From NCBI RefSeq assembly GCF_988243305.1, contig NZ_OZ547136.1: a DNA stretch of 64,000 bases. The stretch is one strand, 5' to 3'. Every line of letters begins with the position of its first letter. Position 1 is the first letter of the stretch. The position numbers were made by a program, and so were the translations under genes. The notes below the pieces were generated by a model. That model ran no database searches, was not told the origin of the DNA, and saw only the letters and a program-made list of their open reading frames with translations. Shown here piece by piece: positions 12,873 to 25,199 of this stretch.

Positions 12873-12940
12873 TGACGCTTATTCCGAGGCAAGTGAAACA
12901 GATAATATAAATCGCCCGACATGAAGTCGGGCGAAGAGAA

Positions 12941-14407
12941 TCAGGAGCCCAGACGGTAGTTCGGGGACTCTTTAGTAATGGTCACGTCGTGAACGTGGCT
13001 TTCCTGAATGCCCGCACCGCTGATACGTACAAACTCCGCTTTAGTACGCAGTTCGTCGATAGTACCACAGCCGGTCAGGCCCATACAGGAGCGCAGGCCG
13101 CCCATCTGCTGGTGAATGATCTCTTTCAGGCGACCTTTATAGGCCACGCGACCTTCGATACCTTCCGGCACCAGTTTGTCGGCAGCGTTGTCGCTCTGGA
13201 AGTAACGGTCAGAAGAACCTTTGGACATCGCACCCAGAGAGCCCATCCCACGGTAAGATTTGTAAGAACGGCCCTGGTAGAGTTCGATTTCACCCGGAGA
13301 TTCTTCAGTACCCGCCAGCATGGAACCCACCATTACCGCGCTTGCACCTGCGGCGATAGCTTTGGCGATATCGCCTGAGAAACGGATACCACCGTCAGCG
13401 ATAACCGGAATACCGGTGCCTTCCAGGGCTTCTACGGCGTCAGCAACGGCGGTGATCTGCGGAACACCTACGCCAGTCACGATACGAGTCGTACAGATAG
13501 AGCCAGGGCCAATGCCGACTTTAACCGCGCTGCAACCAGCTTCTGCCAGAGCGCGTGCCCCCGCAGCTGTTGCCACGTTGCCGCCGATGATTTGCAGATC
13601 CGGATATTTAGTACGAGTTTCACGGATACGCTGCAGAACGCCTTCAGAGTGACCGTGAGAGGAGTCGATCAGCAGAACGTCAACGCCTGCGGCAACCAGC
13701 GCGTCAACACGCTCTTCGTTACCCGCACCCGCGCCAACCGCTGCACCAACACGCAGACGGCCTTGCTCGTCTTTACAGGCGTTCGGTTTACGTTCTGCTT
13801 TCTGGAAATCTTTCACGGTGATCATGCCGATCAGGTGGAATTCGTCATCAACCACCAGCGCTTTTTCAACGCGTTTTTCGTGCATTTTTGCCAGCACAAC
13901 TTCACGGGCTTCACCTTCACGCACGGTGACCAGACGTTCTTTCGGCGTCATGTAAACGCTAACCGGCTGGCTCAGGTCGGTAACAAAACGTACGTCACGA
14001 CCGGTGATAATACCCACCAGTTCGTTTTCTTCGGTAACGACCGGGTAGCCCGCAAAGCCGTTACGCTCGGTCAGTTCTTTCACTTCGCGCAGCGTCGTGG
14101 TTGGCAGAACAGTCTGCGGGTCAGTCACCACGCCAGATTCGTGTTTTTTCACACGGCGAACTTCTTCCGCCTGGCGTTCAATGGACATATTTTTGTGGAT
14201 AAAGCCGATACCGCCTTCCTGAGCCAGAGCAATAGCCAGGCGCGCTTCCGTTACGGTATCCATTGCTGCGGAAAGCATAGGGATATTCAGACGAATAGTT
14301 TTCGTCAGCTGGGTGCTGAGGTCAGCAGTATTCGGCAGAACGGTAGAATGAGCAGGAACGAGGAGAACGTCGTCAAACGTCAGAGCTTCTTTAGCGATAC
14401 GTAGCAT
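12941..14407 (-). CDS. guaB: IMP dehydrogenase
   Basis: 488 aa from the ATG at 14407 ([18 protein letters not shown]...); the track ORF extends 23 codons further upstream to 14476. Catalytic-cysteine loop [11 protein letters not shown] and CBS domains present. Confidence 0.95.
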   Translation of the reverse strand: MLRIAKEALTFDDVLLVPAHSTVLPNTADLSTQLTKTIRLNIPMLSAAMDTVTEARLAIALAQEGGIGFIHKNMSIERQAEEVRRVKKHESGVVTDPQTVLPTTTLREVKELTERNGFAGYPVVTEENELVGIITGRDVRFVTDLSQPVSVYMTPKERLVTVREGEAREVVLAKMHEKRVEKALVVDDEFHLIGMITVKDFQKAERKPNACKDEQGRLRVGAAVGAGAGNEERVDALVAAGVDVLLIDSSHGHSEGVLQRIRETRTKYPDLQIIGGNVATAAGARALAEAGCSAVKVGIGPGSICTTRIVTGVGVPQITAVADAVEALEGTGIPVIADGGIRFSGDIAKAIAAGASAVMVGSMLAGTEESPGEIELYQGRSYKSYRGMGSLGAMSKGSSDRYFQSDNAADKLVPEGIEGRVAYKGRLKEIIHQQMGGLRSCMGLTGCGTIDELRTKAEFVRISGAGIQESHVHDVTITKESPNYRLGS

Positions 14408-15945
<1,538 letters not shown>

Positions 15946-16000
15946 GATGCGCCAGCATCGCATCCGGCACTGGCTCCCAGGCCACGCCAGATGCGCCATG
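15946..16000. repeat. REP-like palindromic element(s)
   Basis: gatgcgccagcatcgcatccggc and a second ccagatgcgccatgctgg copy immediately after the xseA stop; resembles E. coli REP units. Confidence 0.45.
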
Positions 16001-16004
16001 CTGG

Positions 16005-19000
16005 TTACTGGAAGCAGGTCACCAGACCCGGTTTATTCATTAGCGTGATACTACAATCCTGTGCTCCAGTGCCTTCGTCCATTCCACACTGTTGAGAGGA
16101 CAAATAAGGAAAACTTGGTGAAGACGGCCATCCCAGTGAATTAAAAACAGTGTGCAACAACTCTAATTCATTGTATGTCGGTGCATTTTCTATGCTGCCA
16201 CACTGCCTTGCAATATCCCATTTACTGGCATCAATGATATGTGCAGAAGCCCAGTTTTCGTAGTTAATAATCGGTGAGGATACGGGATTAGCCCCGGACG
16301 GCAATTCTGTCGTTAACAACGGTCGATGTAGCGATTTACCATTCACCACTACAGTGTCTGCCATATGTCCCCAAAAGTGCGCCGAGGAAACATTCGGGCT
16401 GGTTGGTACCGTAAAAATAGCGTCCAGCGTGTCTGTCGCGGAAGCGTAATTAGCCAGAGTAACCGTCAGTGGCGTTTTATAACCAGGGGTATTATCCTGG
16501 CGGAGCGTAAAACTTGCCGTCCCATCCGCGCCTGTCATGCCACTAATGGTATTACCGCTTTCACTCAGCGTAACAGCCGAACCAGATAACGGCTGAACGA
16601 TGAGATCGTCCATCGCCACCACATCACCATACAACGTCGCCCCAGCGTTACGCGGCGATGCATCGCCACGTTTCAAAGTAAATTCCACATTCGGTACCGT
16701 ATTCCCGGCGCTGTCTTTCACCGTCACGGTAACGGGCATGGCTTCGCCTTTTTTCACTTTCGCCGCCTGAATAGCTGCGTCAAACGCTGTTGAGGTCAGT
16801 GTGACGCTGGAAACCGTTGCGCGCGCAGACACCAGACACGCCTGATAAGCGGCATTACCATTCAATGTCGTTGTGCCATCTTTCATATTGAGCGACTGAT
16901 TTTTACCATCTGTAGTCTTATCCTGCGCCCACCAGTAATAATAAACTGACCAGCCAGTTTCCGTCGTAAGGGTGTTATTGGGATAACGTTGATACAGTGA
17001 CTTCATATCGCTGAGCAACGGTTGCCGGGCTTCCTCACAAGGGCTGAGGCTGGCATTTGCTTTAGTGGTTGACGAAAAATAGGGCCAGTCCTCATTATTG
17101 TTATTGGTTTTATTTACCCCGGAGGTCGATGGCAGCTCCTTCCACAATTTCGGTCGTTCAAAGACGGTTCCATTTGCCGCTGTCACCGTTTCTGGCATAT
17201 GACCCCAGTAGTCGGCATCCTGGGCGTCAGGGCTGGTGACCACGGTAAATATCAGGTCCAGGTTTGACGTGATCTGCGGATCTTGTGCAAGCGAGACCGT
17301 AAACGGCGTTGCCAGGCCGGTGGTGGCGTTTTGCGTAACATTGAACGTCACTGTGCCATCACTGCCGGTAAAACCAAGCCATTTTGCCGTATCCTGAGCA
17401 AAGGAAATACGGGTTGCTGTCGGTGTGACGACATCTACAATAAGATCATCTGCCAACGATGAGGGCCTAATTCCTGAACGACTTTTCGCCTGCGCCCGCT
17501 GAAGCGTCACGCCCTCACCACTCACCAGGTTGCCATTTTGGTCTTTTACTGTCACGACTAACGGGATTGTCTCGCCCTTTTTCGCCGATGCCGAAGGTGT
17601 GCCGCCGTTACTGGCGGTTTTCGTCTCATCAAATGCTACTGAAGTCAGGGTAACGCTTGACGGCTTAGAGTGAGGCTGTGCCAGGCAGAGCATTAGAGCA
17701 ACCGGAGAGAGTGCGGATGATGCTCGTCCCGTGCTTAGGTTAAAGACCTGATAATACCAGGAGCTACCATTGGAGTTAAGTAATTCATAAATCCACCAGT
17801 TTCCTGACGCTATCGGCAACCCCAGATCTTTCGTTAACGCTCCGTTTGGGTGATCGTCATATAACCCCTGCAATTCGCTGAGGCGCGGTTGATATTCCAG
17901 CGAACAATCTGCCGTCGCTTTTTGAGTACTATATATATATGACCATGTCTCATTATTACCGTTTACCGAGCTCCCCGTAGTCGCTTCCGCTGCCAGTAAT
18001 GGGCGCTTGAAGGTCACGCCTGCCGAACTGGTAAACGTTTCCGGCATATGGCCCCAGTATTTCGCTTTTGGCGAATCCGGGCTGGTTATCACCGTGAAAA
18101 TGACATCCAGCGTGACGCTTTTCGAGGTATCGCGCATGAGTTCTGCGCTGAGCGGCGTTGACAGCCCATAACTGCTATTCTGGCTGACCTCAAACGTAGC
18201 TTTACCATCGCTCCCTGTCTTCAGAAGAGCCTGCGTCCCATCCCCATACAAGATTGACGTTACCCCAGTAGGTTCCACAGGTATGATGGTAAGATCATCT
18301 GCAGAGGCATCGTACGCAGCTTTAGCGCGGTTCAGCGCAGTCCCTCGTTTAAGGTTAAAGCTGGCACCTGGCAGTGGATTGCCTGCGCTATCTCGCACCG
18401 TAACCGTCATCGGGATAACCTCTCCCTTCTTCGCTGTTGCGCTGGGCCTGCCATCATTGCTGGCCGTTTTCGTTGCATCCTCCGCCGTTGAGGTCATTTC
18501 AATAGAAGCCGCCTCTGGATGAGGGTTTACCAGGCACAGCATTAATGCCGAGGTGGTTGAAGACGCTCTTCCACTTGATCCATTTAACAGATAAATATAT
18601 TGATCGTACCAGTTACCCGCATATGCCACCATGTCGTAAGCCCACCAGTAGCTATTTACCGGAATACCCAGATCGGTCTTTATCGCACGACTTGGGTGTT
18701 CGTCGTACAATGCCTGTAGTTCGCTTAACAGTGGTTGATAATGTACATCGCACCCGCTTTTATCGATATCCCCCTTTGTTGCCGATCTCAACACGGCCCA
18801 CTCTTCATTGTCTTCTATAAACGACTGGCCCGACGATCTTTCAGCAGAGAGTAAGGGGCGTTTGAAGGCAGTACCAGAACGCGTAGTGAACGTTTCCGCC
18901 ATATGCCCCCAGTAACTTGCCAGGGGGGTATCCGGGCTGGTTATCACGGTAAACATCACGGGTAATTTGTTGGATTCCAGGCTCGACTGATAGGCCTGAG

Positions 19001-22000
19001 CGTACACATTGGTTACCAGGCCTATAGAATCATCCTGCTTTACCGTAAACGTGGCTGTCCCGTCTGCACCTGTCACCGCATAAAGGGAGATTGATGGAGT
19101 ATCCACTCTTGCCGACGTTCCCGCAGCGTTGATTACAGAGATAGTTCTGTTCGACAACTGTACATTCTGGCGATTTGTCGATCCTTCACGTTTGAGAATA
19201 AACGGAACATTTGGTACGACATTTCCCTGCGCATCTTTTGTCACCACGCGAATCACCGCGTCGTCACCTTTTTTCCGTTTTAGTGCGCTGAGGGTTTCGT
19301 CAACTTTGACAAATTGTGTCGCATCGTTCGCTTCAACAATAATGTGGCTGGTCACCGCCACTGGGGTAGCCCGACAACTTAGCAGTCCTATACTGCTTGA
19401 CATGACCTCCGTTCCATCACCCGTTTTTAACGAAACCGCTTTAAAATTAAATGTTTGAGTGTAATAGGCAACAACCGTACTGGAGATATAGGCGCGTGAT
19501 ACAGGCCATCCCGTAACGTCATGTATTGGCACGTAACCTTCATCGGCATACAGTGACTCCAGCTCACTTTCAATCGGGACATATCCTGCACCGCAACCAT
19601 TTACAGATGTGTTGTTCGACTGGTCCGGCGAGAACAGTGACCAGCTCTCTCCATCTTCCTGAAAAGAGCTTCGACTGGTTGTAACGGAAAGCTCATCTTG
19701 CAATAACGGTCTTTTATAAATAAGCCCGCCTGCACCGGTCATCGTTTCGGCCATATGCCCCCAGAATTTTGCTTTAGGGGTATCGGGGCTGGTTATCACC
19801 GTAAAGACTACCGGAAGCATTGATTTTACGTTATTATCTGTATCCAGCATGGCGGTCAGTTCGGTTTTTAAACCCGTGGTATTGTCCTGTTTCAGTGCAA
19901 GTGTTGTCGTACCATCTGCGCCGGTAACGCCATAAATCAGTGCTGTTGTTGAGGAAAAATTACTCTGCGTGTTACCCCAGGCATCCGTCACGATGAGCGC
20001 GCCTGCTGTCACCGTTGTAGACGCATTTGCCCGATTGACGCTAAGGTTACGTTTAAGCGTAAACGCGGTATTTCCCACCGGGTTACCCTGCGAATCTTTA
20101 GTGGTCACGCGAACCACGACTTCTTCCCCTTTTTTCGCTTTGACAACATTATTCGTACTGTCAAATTTTGTGGGGTCCGCAGCCTCAAGAACGATTTGGC
20201 TAGCCTTGACGATCGGCGTCGTCTGGCAGGTAAGCAGTTCTTTTGTGGCCGATGGAATTATCGAACTGGTGCCTGAACTGAGATTGACGGCCTTGAAGTC
20301 ACGCTGTTCCAGACTACTGCTGGCTGTCGTGCTGGTAAGGTAACTTGAGGCGACGGGCCAGCCCTGAACCGTTTTCATCGCATTGCCACGGTTGGCTTCA
20401 TACAATGACTCCAGCCCGGCCTGAGAGGGAACATATTCACTACCACAACCATTAGAGGATGTGCTTGTCGCCTGAGTTTGGGTAAATTGCGCCCAGTCCT
20501 CATTATCTTCTGCAATCGCTGTTCGACCCGACGTACTGGATAACTCTTTCAACAATAATGGGCGTTTAAAGACCGTTCCATCCGCAGCCGTCACCGTTTC
20601 CGGCATATGCCCCCACATTTTCGCTTTATTGCTGTCCGGGCTGGTGACAACGGTAAAAATGGTATCGAGGGTCGCTTTTTTCGTTGTGTCTGAATAGAGC
20701 GCAGCGGTCAGCGACGTTTTTGTGCCATGGGTATCCGGGCGGGTAATAGTGAGAATTTTAGTGCCATCGCTGCCGGTCATCGCGCTGTATGCTGCGGCGG
20801 TATCATTGAGCGAAGTTTCATCCGCCAGGCCACTATTGATCACAACCGGCGCAACCAGCGCATCACCGCTACCGGCAATGTGTTTTTCGTTTGATCGTGT
20901 ATAACCATCGCCACGCTTCAGGGTAAAAGGCATATCACCCAATGGATTGCCCTGAGCATCTTTTACCGTCACCTTCACCTGTAGCGTTTCGCCTTTTTTC
21001 AGCTTCGCCGCATTTGCTGCCGCGTTCCACTGCGCCGGGTCCACCACTTCCAGCGTAATGCTGCTGGCAGGATTGTTAGCCGTCGTCAGGCAACTGACAT
21101 AAACCGCCGTGCTACCGCCAACGGTCCGCGCGCCATCGTTGAGGGCTATGGTGTAGTAATGCGGCACCTGATCCGCGGGCGAACTGCTCCAGTAGGGCTG
21201 ACGCTGCGTTGGCCAACCGTGTACCGTTTGAACGGCGTTACCGCTGTTAGCATCATAGAGCGCGTTAAGCTGGGAACGGCGTGGGAGCATATTGGCACCA
21301 CAGCCACCTTTACTGGTGCTGGAAGTGTTGGCCTGGCTAACGCGCGACCACACTTCGTTATTTTCCGTTAATGTGCCGTCCGGGCTGGACACTTCCGCAG
21401 CCAGCCGGGGTCGGGCAAAGGTTAATGCATCGACGGTAATCGTCTCATCCATATGCCCCCACATCTGCGCGCCAACCGCATCCGGACTGGTGAGCGTAGT
21501 GAAAATCACATTGTAATTAACAGTATTGGGAATATAGGAGTTTACAGGCGCAATATTCAGCGGCGTCGCTAAGCCCACACCTTGCGGTTGCTTAATTTCA
21601 ACAGTAGCAAAACCCTGCGCATCCGTAGTACCTGCATAGACTAAAGACGGTTGCGATGTTCCGTAGAGCGTGCCATTCATCTCGATTGCGCCGCGGGTTG
21701 GATCATCGAAACCCGTGGTCTGCCCCTGACGATTTTTCCCCATATCTTTCGTGATGGTGAACGCGGTATACGGCACGGGCGCATTATTCAAGGCATTAAA
21801 GGTGCGTACCGTCATGGTAATCGTTTCACCCACTTTAGCCTGCGCTCTGCTGCTTGTGGAAACATCATGATCGGTGTTCGCAGCAATCTGGGCGACCATC
21901 TCATTGCCCGAACAAGAAAGGTAGTTTTGCTTAAAGCCGGAATAGGTGTCGATGTTGCCCGTGGCCAGGTTCACCGACGCGTGCGACGTCTCTTCCACCG

Positions 22001-24047
22001 CACTAAGATACGCTTTTTGCAACGTTGGCCAGCCATATTCGGTGCCGATGACATTGGCTGGATGTGCGGCAAACAAACTGTGCAATGAGCTTTGGCTCGG
22101 AATATGACCTAAACCACACTCAGCCTGCATACTGCTATTCTGATCAAACAGCGCCCAGTCTTCGTTATTTTCCCGCACTGCTCCCAGTTCGTTGTCGGTT
22201 TCATCCGCCAGCCGTGGGCGTTTAAAGATATTATTCGCTTCAATAATGCCTAACATATGTCCCCACATCCGCGCTTTGTCGGAATCAGGGCTGGTGATCA
22301 CCGTAAAAATAACGTCTTTCTCATCCGAGGCGGTAAAATCACTGCGCATTTTCGCGGTGATGTGTGTTTTCACCCCCACGCCGCCTGGCTGGGTCAGCGT
22401 CAGAGAGGCCTCTCCGTTAGCATCAGTGATCCCTTCATAGGTATGGGCGTCAACTTTGCGAACGTTACTGCCACCATCAATTTGTACCGGGTGCGTCTCC
22501 CACGCAGCGTCAGTTTGATTCTTACGGTTAACACCGTCATCCAGATGCAGCGAAAAGTAGTAGTAAGCCAGCGGCTGATCGTTGTTCTTGCTATCGGTAA
22601 TCGTCAGGCGTAAAGAAGCCTCTTCCCCCACCTTTACTTTCATCGCTTTTATCGTCGAATCATAACTGCCCGGCGTCAGTACCAGCTTCGGTTCAACATC
22701 GGGCGCTTCTTTATCGACACAGCTCACAATAAACGTCGTATCGTCCGGTTTTTGCGCTTCGCTGCGGTTCGAAACATCCGCCGCATGGTGCTGGCCACTC
22801 ATCCCCGCCAGTGATGACCAGTAGAAATTACCCTGCATCGGCCAACCAGCCACATCCTGCACTGACGTTGGCACCACCGTCGCCAGCGCACCGAACTGAC
22901 GCATTCCGGGCAAAATGTCGCAATGTTTATCCGCGCCGCTCCAGGTAAAGGTGGACCAGGTTTCATTGTGATCGTTAACCGTACCGTTTTCATTATCGAC
23001 TTCCGCCGCCAGTTTTGGTCGACTAAAAGTGTAATCACGGGCCTTCAGCGTATCGGGCATATGACCCCACATTGTAGCCTGCGGGACATCCGGGCTGGTG
23101 AGGACGGTAAAGATCACTGCCGTTTCACTGGCCTGAGCAATACCCGCGAGGCTCGCGACCAACGGCGTTTTTACACCAAGGCCGTTGGCCTGGGTGACCG
23201 TAACCGTGGCAACACCATTCGCATCGGTAGTACCACGATATTCCGTCGCGGTGGTGGTTAATTCGGTCGTGCCCAGTTTTACCGGCGCAGTATTGTTCAC
23301 TACACCCTGGCGGTTTTCAGCATCTTTGCGTTTGATAACAAAAGGAATATTCCCCACAACATTACCGACGCAATCTTTGGTGGTGACCGTTAACGTGATA
23401 CTGCCGCCAACCGTCGTTTTCGCCGCACCGGAGGATTCGTCATAGCCCGCGGCGCTGACGGAAATAAGGTCACCCTGCGCGGGCGCAATCTTCAGCGTCA
23501 CTTTCTGATCGGCGAGCGTCAGAACACTTTCATAGGGATAGCCCGTCGAGGTGAGTAAATATAACAGCGGCATGGTCTGTTGGGGATCAGGCTGCGCCCA
23601 GGCGACCAGCGAACGCCCGGCAAGTCCCTGAGCGCAAAACGAGCGATCTGCGACTGGCTGTGGGTCCAGTAAGGTGTCCGGCGTCGCGGCATCCGCCCAA
23701 ACTAAAGATACTGTCGGTGGCGTTTGGTTTTCCCAACGTGGGGTGGAAATGATATCGCCTTCTCTGTCTTGCGGATTGGTGACGAGCAATTTAGAGACGC
23801 TAATATCCGCGCTGAATTCACTCGGTTTAGCGGTAAACGCTACCTCATGCGTCTTTGCAGGATCCAGAAAGACACTGCCCTGGTAGACGGGTATGCTGGC
23901 ACTGTCGGCGGTGGGCACGGTACCGTTAAATTCGCCGACCGTATCTGAAGAGTCTTGCCATGCAGATTCTGCCCATGACCGCCCAGGCAGCATTGCGCTT
24001 ATCAGCAATGCGCATAACACAAGGATTTTATTCAGGGTCAGGGACAT
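16005..24047 (-). CDS. ratA: RatA-like giant secreted/outer-membrane repeat protein (Big_1-like Ig domains)
   Basis: 2680-aa ORF with signal peptide [26 protein letters not shown]. Nine copies of a ~200-aa module, each with a Big_1-like segment (KKGE..v.VTVKD..GNpv.n..FtLKR) and a conserved IFTVxTSPD....WGHMxET motif. Sits with sinI/sinH between xseA and yfgJ, like the Salmonella CS54 island. Confidence 0.8.
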   Translation of the reverse strand: MSLTLNKILVLCALLISAMLPGRSWAESAWQDSSDTVGEFNGTVPTADSASIPVYQGSVFLDPAKTHEVAFTAKPSEFSADISVSKLLVTNPQDREGDIISTPRWENQTPPTVSLVWADAATPDTLLDPQPVADRSFCAQGLAGRSLVAWAQPDPQQTMPLLYLLTSTGYPYESVLTLADQKVTLKIAPAQGDLISVSAAGYDESSGAAKTTVGGSITLTVTTKDCVGNVVGNIPFVIKRKDAENRQGVVNNTAPVKLGTTELTTTATEYRGTTDANGVATVTVTQANGLGVKTPLVASLAGIAQASETAVIFTVLTSPDVPQATMWGHMPDTLKARDYTFSRPKLAAEVDNENGTVNDHNETWSTFTWSGADKHCDILPGMRQFGALATVVPTSVQDVAGWPMQGNFYWSSLAGMSGQHHAADVSNRSEAQKPDDTTFIVSCVDKEAPDVEPKLVLTPGSYDSTIKAMKVKVGEEASLRLTITDSKNNDQPLAYYYFSLHLDDGVNRKNQTDAAWETHPVQIDGGSNVRKVDAHTYEGITDANGEASLTLTQPGGVGVKTHITAKMRSDFTASDEKDVIFTVITSPDSDKARMWGHMLGIIEANNIFKRPRLADETDNELGAVRENNEDWALFDQNSSMQAECGLGHIPSQSSLHSLFAAHPANVIGTEYGWPTLQKAYLSAVEETSHASVNLATGNIDTYSGFKQNYLSCSGNEMVAQIAANTDHDVSTSSRAQAKVGETITMTVRTFNALNNAPVPYTAFTITKDMGKNRQGQTTGFDDPTRGAIEMNGTLYGTSQPSLVYAGTTDAQGFATVEIKQPQGVGLATPLNIAPVNSYIPNTVNYNVIFTTLTSPDAVGAQMWGHMDETITVDALTFARPRLAAEVSSPDGTLTENNEVWSRVSQANTSSTSKGGCGANMLPRRSQLNALYDANSGNAVQTVHGWPTQRQPYWSSSPADQVPHYYTIALNDGARTVGGSTAVYVSCLTTANNPASSITLEVVDPAQWNAAANAAKLKKGETLQVKVTVKDAQGNPLGDMPFTLKRGDGYTRSNEKHIAGSGDALVAPVVINSGLADETSLNDTAAAYSAMTGSDGTKILTITRPDTHGTKTSLTAALYSDTTKKATLDTIFTVVTSPDSNKAKMWGHMPETVTAADGTVFKRPLLLKELSSTSGRTAIAEDNEDWAQFTQTQATSTSSNGCGSEYVPSQAGLESLYEANRGNAMKTVQGWPVASSYLTSTTASSSLEQRDFKAVNLSSGTSSIIPSATKELLTCQTTPIVKASQIVLEAADPTKFDSTNNVVKAKKGEEVVVRVTTKDSQGNPVGNTAFTLKRNLSVNRANASTTVTAGALIVTDAWGNTQSNFSSTTALIYGVTGADGTTTLALKQDNTTGLKTELTAMLDTDNNVKSMLPVVFTVITSPDTPKAKFWGHMAETMTGAGGLIYKRPLLQDELSVTTSRSSFQEDGESWSLFSPDQSNNTSVNGCGAGYVPIESELESLYADEGYVPIHDVTGWPVSRAYISSTVVAYYTQTFNFKAVSLKTGDGTEVMSSSIGLLSCRATPVAVTSHIIVEANDATQFVKVDETLSALKRKKGDDAVIRVVTKDAQGNVVPNVPFILKREGSTNRQNVQLSNRTISVINAAGTSARVDTPSISLYAVTGADGTATFTVKQDDSIGLVTNVYAQAYQSSLESNKLPVMFTVITSPDTPLASYWGHMAETFTTRSGTAFKRPLLSAERSSGQSFIEDNEEWAVLRSATKGDIDKSGCDVHYQPLLSELQALYDEHPSRAIKTDLGIPVNSYWWAYDMVAYAGNWYDQYIYLLNGSSGRASSTTSALMLCLVNPHPEAASIEMTSTAEDATKTASNDGRPSATAKKGEVIPMTVTVRDSAGNPLPGASFNLKRGTALNRAKAAYDASADDLTIIPVEPTGVTSILYGDGTQALLKTGSDGKATFEVSQNSSYGLSTPLSAELMRDTSKSVTLDVIFTVITSPDSPKAKYWGHMPETFTSSAGVTFKRPLLAAEATTGSSVNGNNETWSYIYSTQKATADCSLEYQPRLSELQGLYDDHPNGALTKDLGLPIASGNWWIYELLNSNGSSWYYQVFNLSTGRASSALSPVALMLCLAQPHSKPSSVTLTSVAFDETKTASNGGTPSASAKKGETIPLVVTVKDQNGNLVSGEGVTLQRAQAKSRSGIRPSSLADDLIVDVVTPTATRISFAQDTAKWLGFTGSDGTVTFNVTQNATTGLATPFTVSLAQDPQITSNLDLIFTVVTSPDAQDADYWGHMPETVTAANGTVFERPKLWKELPSTSGVNKTNNNNEDWPYFSSTTKANASLSPCEEARQPLLSDMKSLYQRYPNNTLTTETGWSVYYYWWAQDKTTDGKNQSLNMKDGTTTLNGNAAYQACLVSARATVSSVTLTSTAFDAAIQAAKVKKGEAMPVTVTVKDSAGNTVPNVEFTLKRGDASPRNAGATLYGDVVAMDDLIVQPLSGSAVTLSESGNTISGMTGADGTASFTLRQDNTPGYKTPLTVTLANYASATDTLDAIFTVPTSPNVSSAHFWGHMADTVVVNGKSLHRPLLTTELPSGANPVSSPIINYENWASAHIIDASKWDIARQCGSIENAPTYNELELLHTVFNSLGWPSSPSFPYLSSQQCGMDEGTGAQDCSITLMNKPGLVTCFQ

Positions 24048-24119
24048 GACAGAAACTCCACCGGTTGTTAAACGGACGCTTGTCGCATCAACATATTTTG
24101 CTTAATCCGGGATTAAGCA

Positions 24120-24157
24120 AAATATGCGGAAACAGCATTCCCTTGCGGGAATGCTGC
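24120..24157 (-). terminator. putative terminator downstream of sinI
   Basis: Hairpin cagcattccc(24133-24142), loop ttgc, gggaatgctg(24147-24156), 11 bp after the sinI stop; moderately U-rich tail on the minus strand. Confidence 0.45.
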
Positions 24158-24167
24158 TGAGTACGCG

Positions 24168-25145
24168 TTATTTGTGTTTGTAAATAATGTGAAGTTTGTA
24201 CCCCTGTACCCCGTCGCCGTTGGTCGGGATGGTAAGAGCTTCTTTACCATCGCGCGCAGGGCCGTTAAGGTTGGTTCTGGCGTCTTCGTTGGTCGCAGGG
24301 ATGACCAGATTGTTATTATCGAAGCTTGAGTTAACGATACCACCCGAGGTGCCGAGCTGTTGGCTACTCCCAGAAAGTACCCAACGGAAATCATAATTGG
24401 CGGTAACGTCAGCATCGGTACCCGCATCAAACTTGCCGTTTTTGTTCTCATCCGAGTACAGTTTGGCCACGTAGGTTTTGCCAAGTTCGATTGGCGTGCT
24501 GCCGTTGATAAGGTTGATACTGGTACCATCAACAAAGATGGCGACTTTCAGGTTCTGGTTAACCACCGGCCCTGGCGCAACGTTGTCGCTGTCGCTTCCG
24601 CCGCCGCTGGCAGTGGAAATGTCATAAAGATGCAGCGCAGTCCCGACGTTTGGCGTACCGGTCTGCGTGGTTGGCGTAATTTCAATACCGATATAACGAC
24701 CACGGTCGTCATCGGTAAGAGTGTAACTGGTCACCTTCGTTGCCAGCTCTTTTGGATCGTTACCCTGAGCGTCCTTGTAGCTCATCCAGCGGATAGTATC
24801 GATAGTTTTCGCGTTATCGCCCAATACCCCAAGATCCACGTCGCCTTCGGTATCACCAATTTCCCAACTTACGGTTAATTTATCACCCGAGTAAAGACGC
24901 TTGTCCGTTTCACTGCCTGTCGGGCGAGCGCCTTTTAGATCAGAAGTCAACGTTACATGGTCGGCATCTGTCGTAGCGCTTCCCCCTTCCGAATAGAGCC
25001 ACGGAATGGTTCCCTGGAAAATATTGGTTTCGCCGCTGTCGACCCAGGCGCTTTCTTCCGCCAGCGCCACAGGTGCCACACAATAACCTGCCAGTGCCAG
25101 CGCCAATGCGATCCGGGTCAGACCGCGTCTTTTATCCTGCTTCAT
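24168..25145 (-). CDS. sinI: SinI-like secreted protein (paralogue of the SinH C-terminal passenger region)
   Basis: 325-aa ORF with signal peptide (LTRIALALALAGYCVAPVALA). C-terminus VIPATNEDARTNLNGPARDG...GDGVQGYKLHIIYKHK parallels the SinH C-terminus VIPATNREAAQTYGAQAGDGLQGYGLRVLYTKK. Confidence 0.75.
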   Translation of the reverse strand: MKQDKRRGLTRIALALALAGYCVAPVALAEESAWVDSGETNIFQGTIPWLYSEGGSATTDADHVTLTSDLKGARPTGSETDKRLYSGDKLTVSWEIGDTEGDVDLGVLGDNAKTIDTIRWMSYKDAQGNDPKELATKVTSYTLTDDDRGRYIGIEITPTTQTGTPNVGTALHLYDISTASGGGSDSDNVAPGPVVNQNLKVAIFVDGTSINLINGSTPIELGKTYVAKLYSDENKNGKFDAGTDADVTANYDFRWVLSGSSQQLGTSGGIVNSSFDNNNLVIPATNEDARTNLNGPARDGKEALTIPTNGDGVQGYKLHIIYKHK

Positions 25146-25199
25146 TGATGCTCTCCTTAATGAACCTTCAGCGACTGGCCGACTGGCCTTACGCCAATC

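Noticed and set aside
11412-12875. Long plus-strand ORFs (191 aa and 287 aa) inside guaA
   Set aside because: They lie antisense to a full-length, well-recognised guaA coding sequence. Their composition (Val/Phe/His/Gln-rich, no recognisable motifs) is typical of shadow ORFs on the reverse strand of a highly expressed gene.
13592-14404. 270-aa plus-strand ORF inside guaB
   Set aside because: Antisense to guaB, with low-complexity reverse-complement composition and no start context; shadow ORF.
18283-23445. Multiple plus-strand ORFs of 70-145 aa across the ratA region
   Set aside because: All are embedded antisense within the 8-kb ratA-like ORF; they are a consequence of stop-poor reverse frames in a long repetitive gene and have no RBS or conserved sequence.
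16005-24047. Periodic repeats that might look like a CRISPR or tandem-repeat array
   Set aside because: The periodicity is ~600 bp, lies entirely within one continuous ORF and is conserved at the protein level (Big_1/WGHM modules), not short direct repeats separated by unique spacers. No CRISPR array is present in the window.
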